From Scenedesmus sp. PABB004 (Eukaryota): a stretch of 64,000 bases of DNA. Of the stretch, positions 62,991-64,000 are shown in pieces (the stretch's first letter is position 1; each line of letters opens with the position of its first letter). A program made the translations under genes and the position numbers. The stretch lies in NCBI GenBank assembly GCA_014905635.1, contig JABVCE010000003.1:558001-622000 (forward strand), given 5' to 3'. The notes below the pieces were generated by a model. It worked only from the letters and a program-made list of their open reading frames with translations. It did not search any database and was not told the origin of the DNA.

Positions 62991-63713
62991 GCCGAGGCCG
63001 CCGGGAGTGGGGGGGAAGTGTGCGTGGTTGGGGGGAGGGGGGGGGGCTTTCTCGACTGCGGCCAAAACCTGCATGGTGATGACAACTTGACGCCGTTCAC
63101 CGATGGCAGCAGCGGCGCTGCGCTGATCACGGCCCTGGAGCTGCGCTCAGGGCCCGTGGCATGTGCACGCGCCGGGGCTGCGCGCGGCGCCTGCACGCGC
63201 AGGTGCGGCTGGGGCGCCTGCACGATACCTTTGTTGTACTGCTCTTGCAGCTGCACGCACGCAAGTGCACAGCGCGCCAGCGCAGCCGAGTGCACGGGCC
63301 TCGCGGCCGCAGCACGCCTCGGCAGCCTGCCTGAAAATGCCAAAGACGGCTGTTGACGGGCGGCGGTGGCCGCGATCAGCGGCGCGCATGTGGTGAGGCT
63401 GCCGCTTGCACAGCCTAGGCGACACGTACTCGGTTCTGCGTCCTCATTGAACACTGCGGCTCCAAAGCCCCTCTGCATTTGACTCTTTGACTCGTGGGTC
63501 GCGGGTGCACCCAGGCAGACCCACCGCGCAACACGCACGCGGCCTGCTGCATCCTGGTGACGACGCGCAATGTGGGCACGCAGTGCTGGACGCACTCTGC
63601 TAAGAGCATGCAGCACGCTCCACGCAGCACCGGAACGCGTAGCACACTCACAGGAACGTGCGCCTCAGGGGTGGCCATTCACAACGCGCTTGCTTGCTGC
63701 TTGCTGCTTTGCC

Positions 63714-63714
<1 letters not shown>

Positions 63715-63750
<36 letters not shown>
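63715..63750. repeat. (CTG)12 microsatellite
   Basis: Perfect trinucleotide run. Confidence 0.95.
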
Positions 63751-64000
63751 AGGCGGTTGCACGCTCCACGATGGTGTTTGACGACACGAGCGCCGCAGAC
63801 GTCTGCGGGCGAGCGAGGGGACTCTTGACGCGGACTGGTGCCGCCGTGACCTGGCCAGAATCGGGTCGCCGCGGGGCACACTGCGTATTTGCTGGCGGCG
63901 GCGCGCGTGTGCACGCGCACACAGTGCGACGGTGTTACACGCCAGCTACGCGCCCCCCGGGCCGCCCCACGCCCGCACCGACACGTAGCGCCCGCCGCTG

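Overview
Gene-dense, extremely GC-rich eukaryotic nuclear DNA with many short introns. It is most likely a chlorophyte green alga of the Sphaeropleales type (inference from gene content, transit peptides, TGTAA signals and intron style). I built about 19 protein-coding gene models by hand: SF1/BBP (5'-partial), BI-1/YccA-like, LIL3, VPS2, COQ3, a TPR-like protein, a small ataxin-2/PNRC-motif protein, heme-b5 sulfite oxidase, KCS, glutathione reductase, an intronless orphan membrane protein, a SEN1/MAA3-like helicase, a small orphan, a secreted SBP56-like protein, a TAP-like ABCB, vasohibin, ZRANB3-like, Mpv17 and a TKL kinase. There is also a tRNA-Ala(CGC) with retroelement-like debris on both sides. 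Most long ORFs in the supplied track are GC artefacts or read through introns. The most interesting signals concern splicing: (i) an array of branch-point-like CTNAT motifs with a premature stop and decoy acceptors inside an intron of the branch-point-binding protein gene itself, a candidate autoregulatory switch; (ii) about 1 in 6 introns using GC donors; (iii) introns lacking polypyrimidine tracts but with complementary G/GT-rich 5' and C/AC-rich 3' halves. Several single-base frameshifts in the two helicase genes are probably assembly errors. All exon boundaries were read by eye and no database searches were run.
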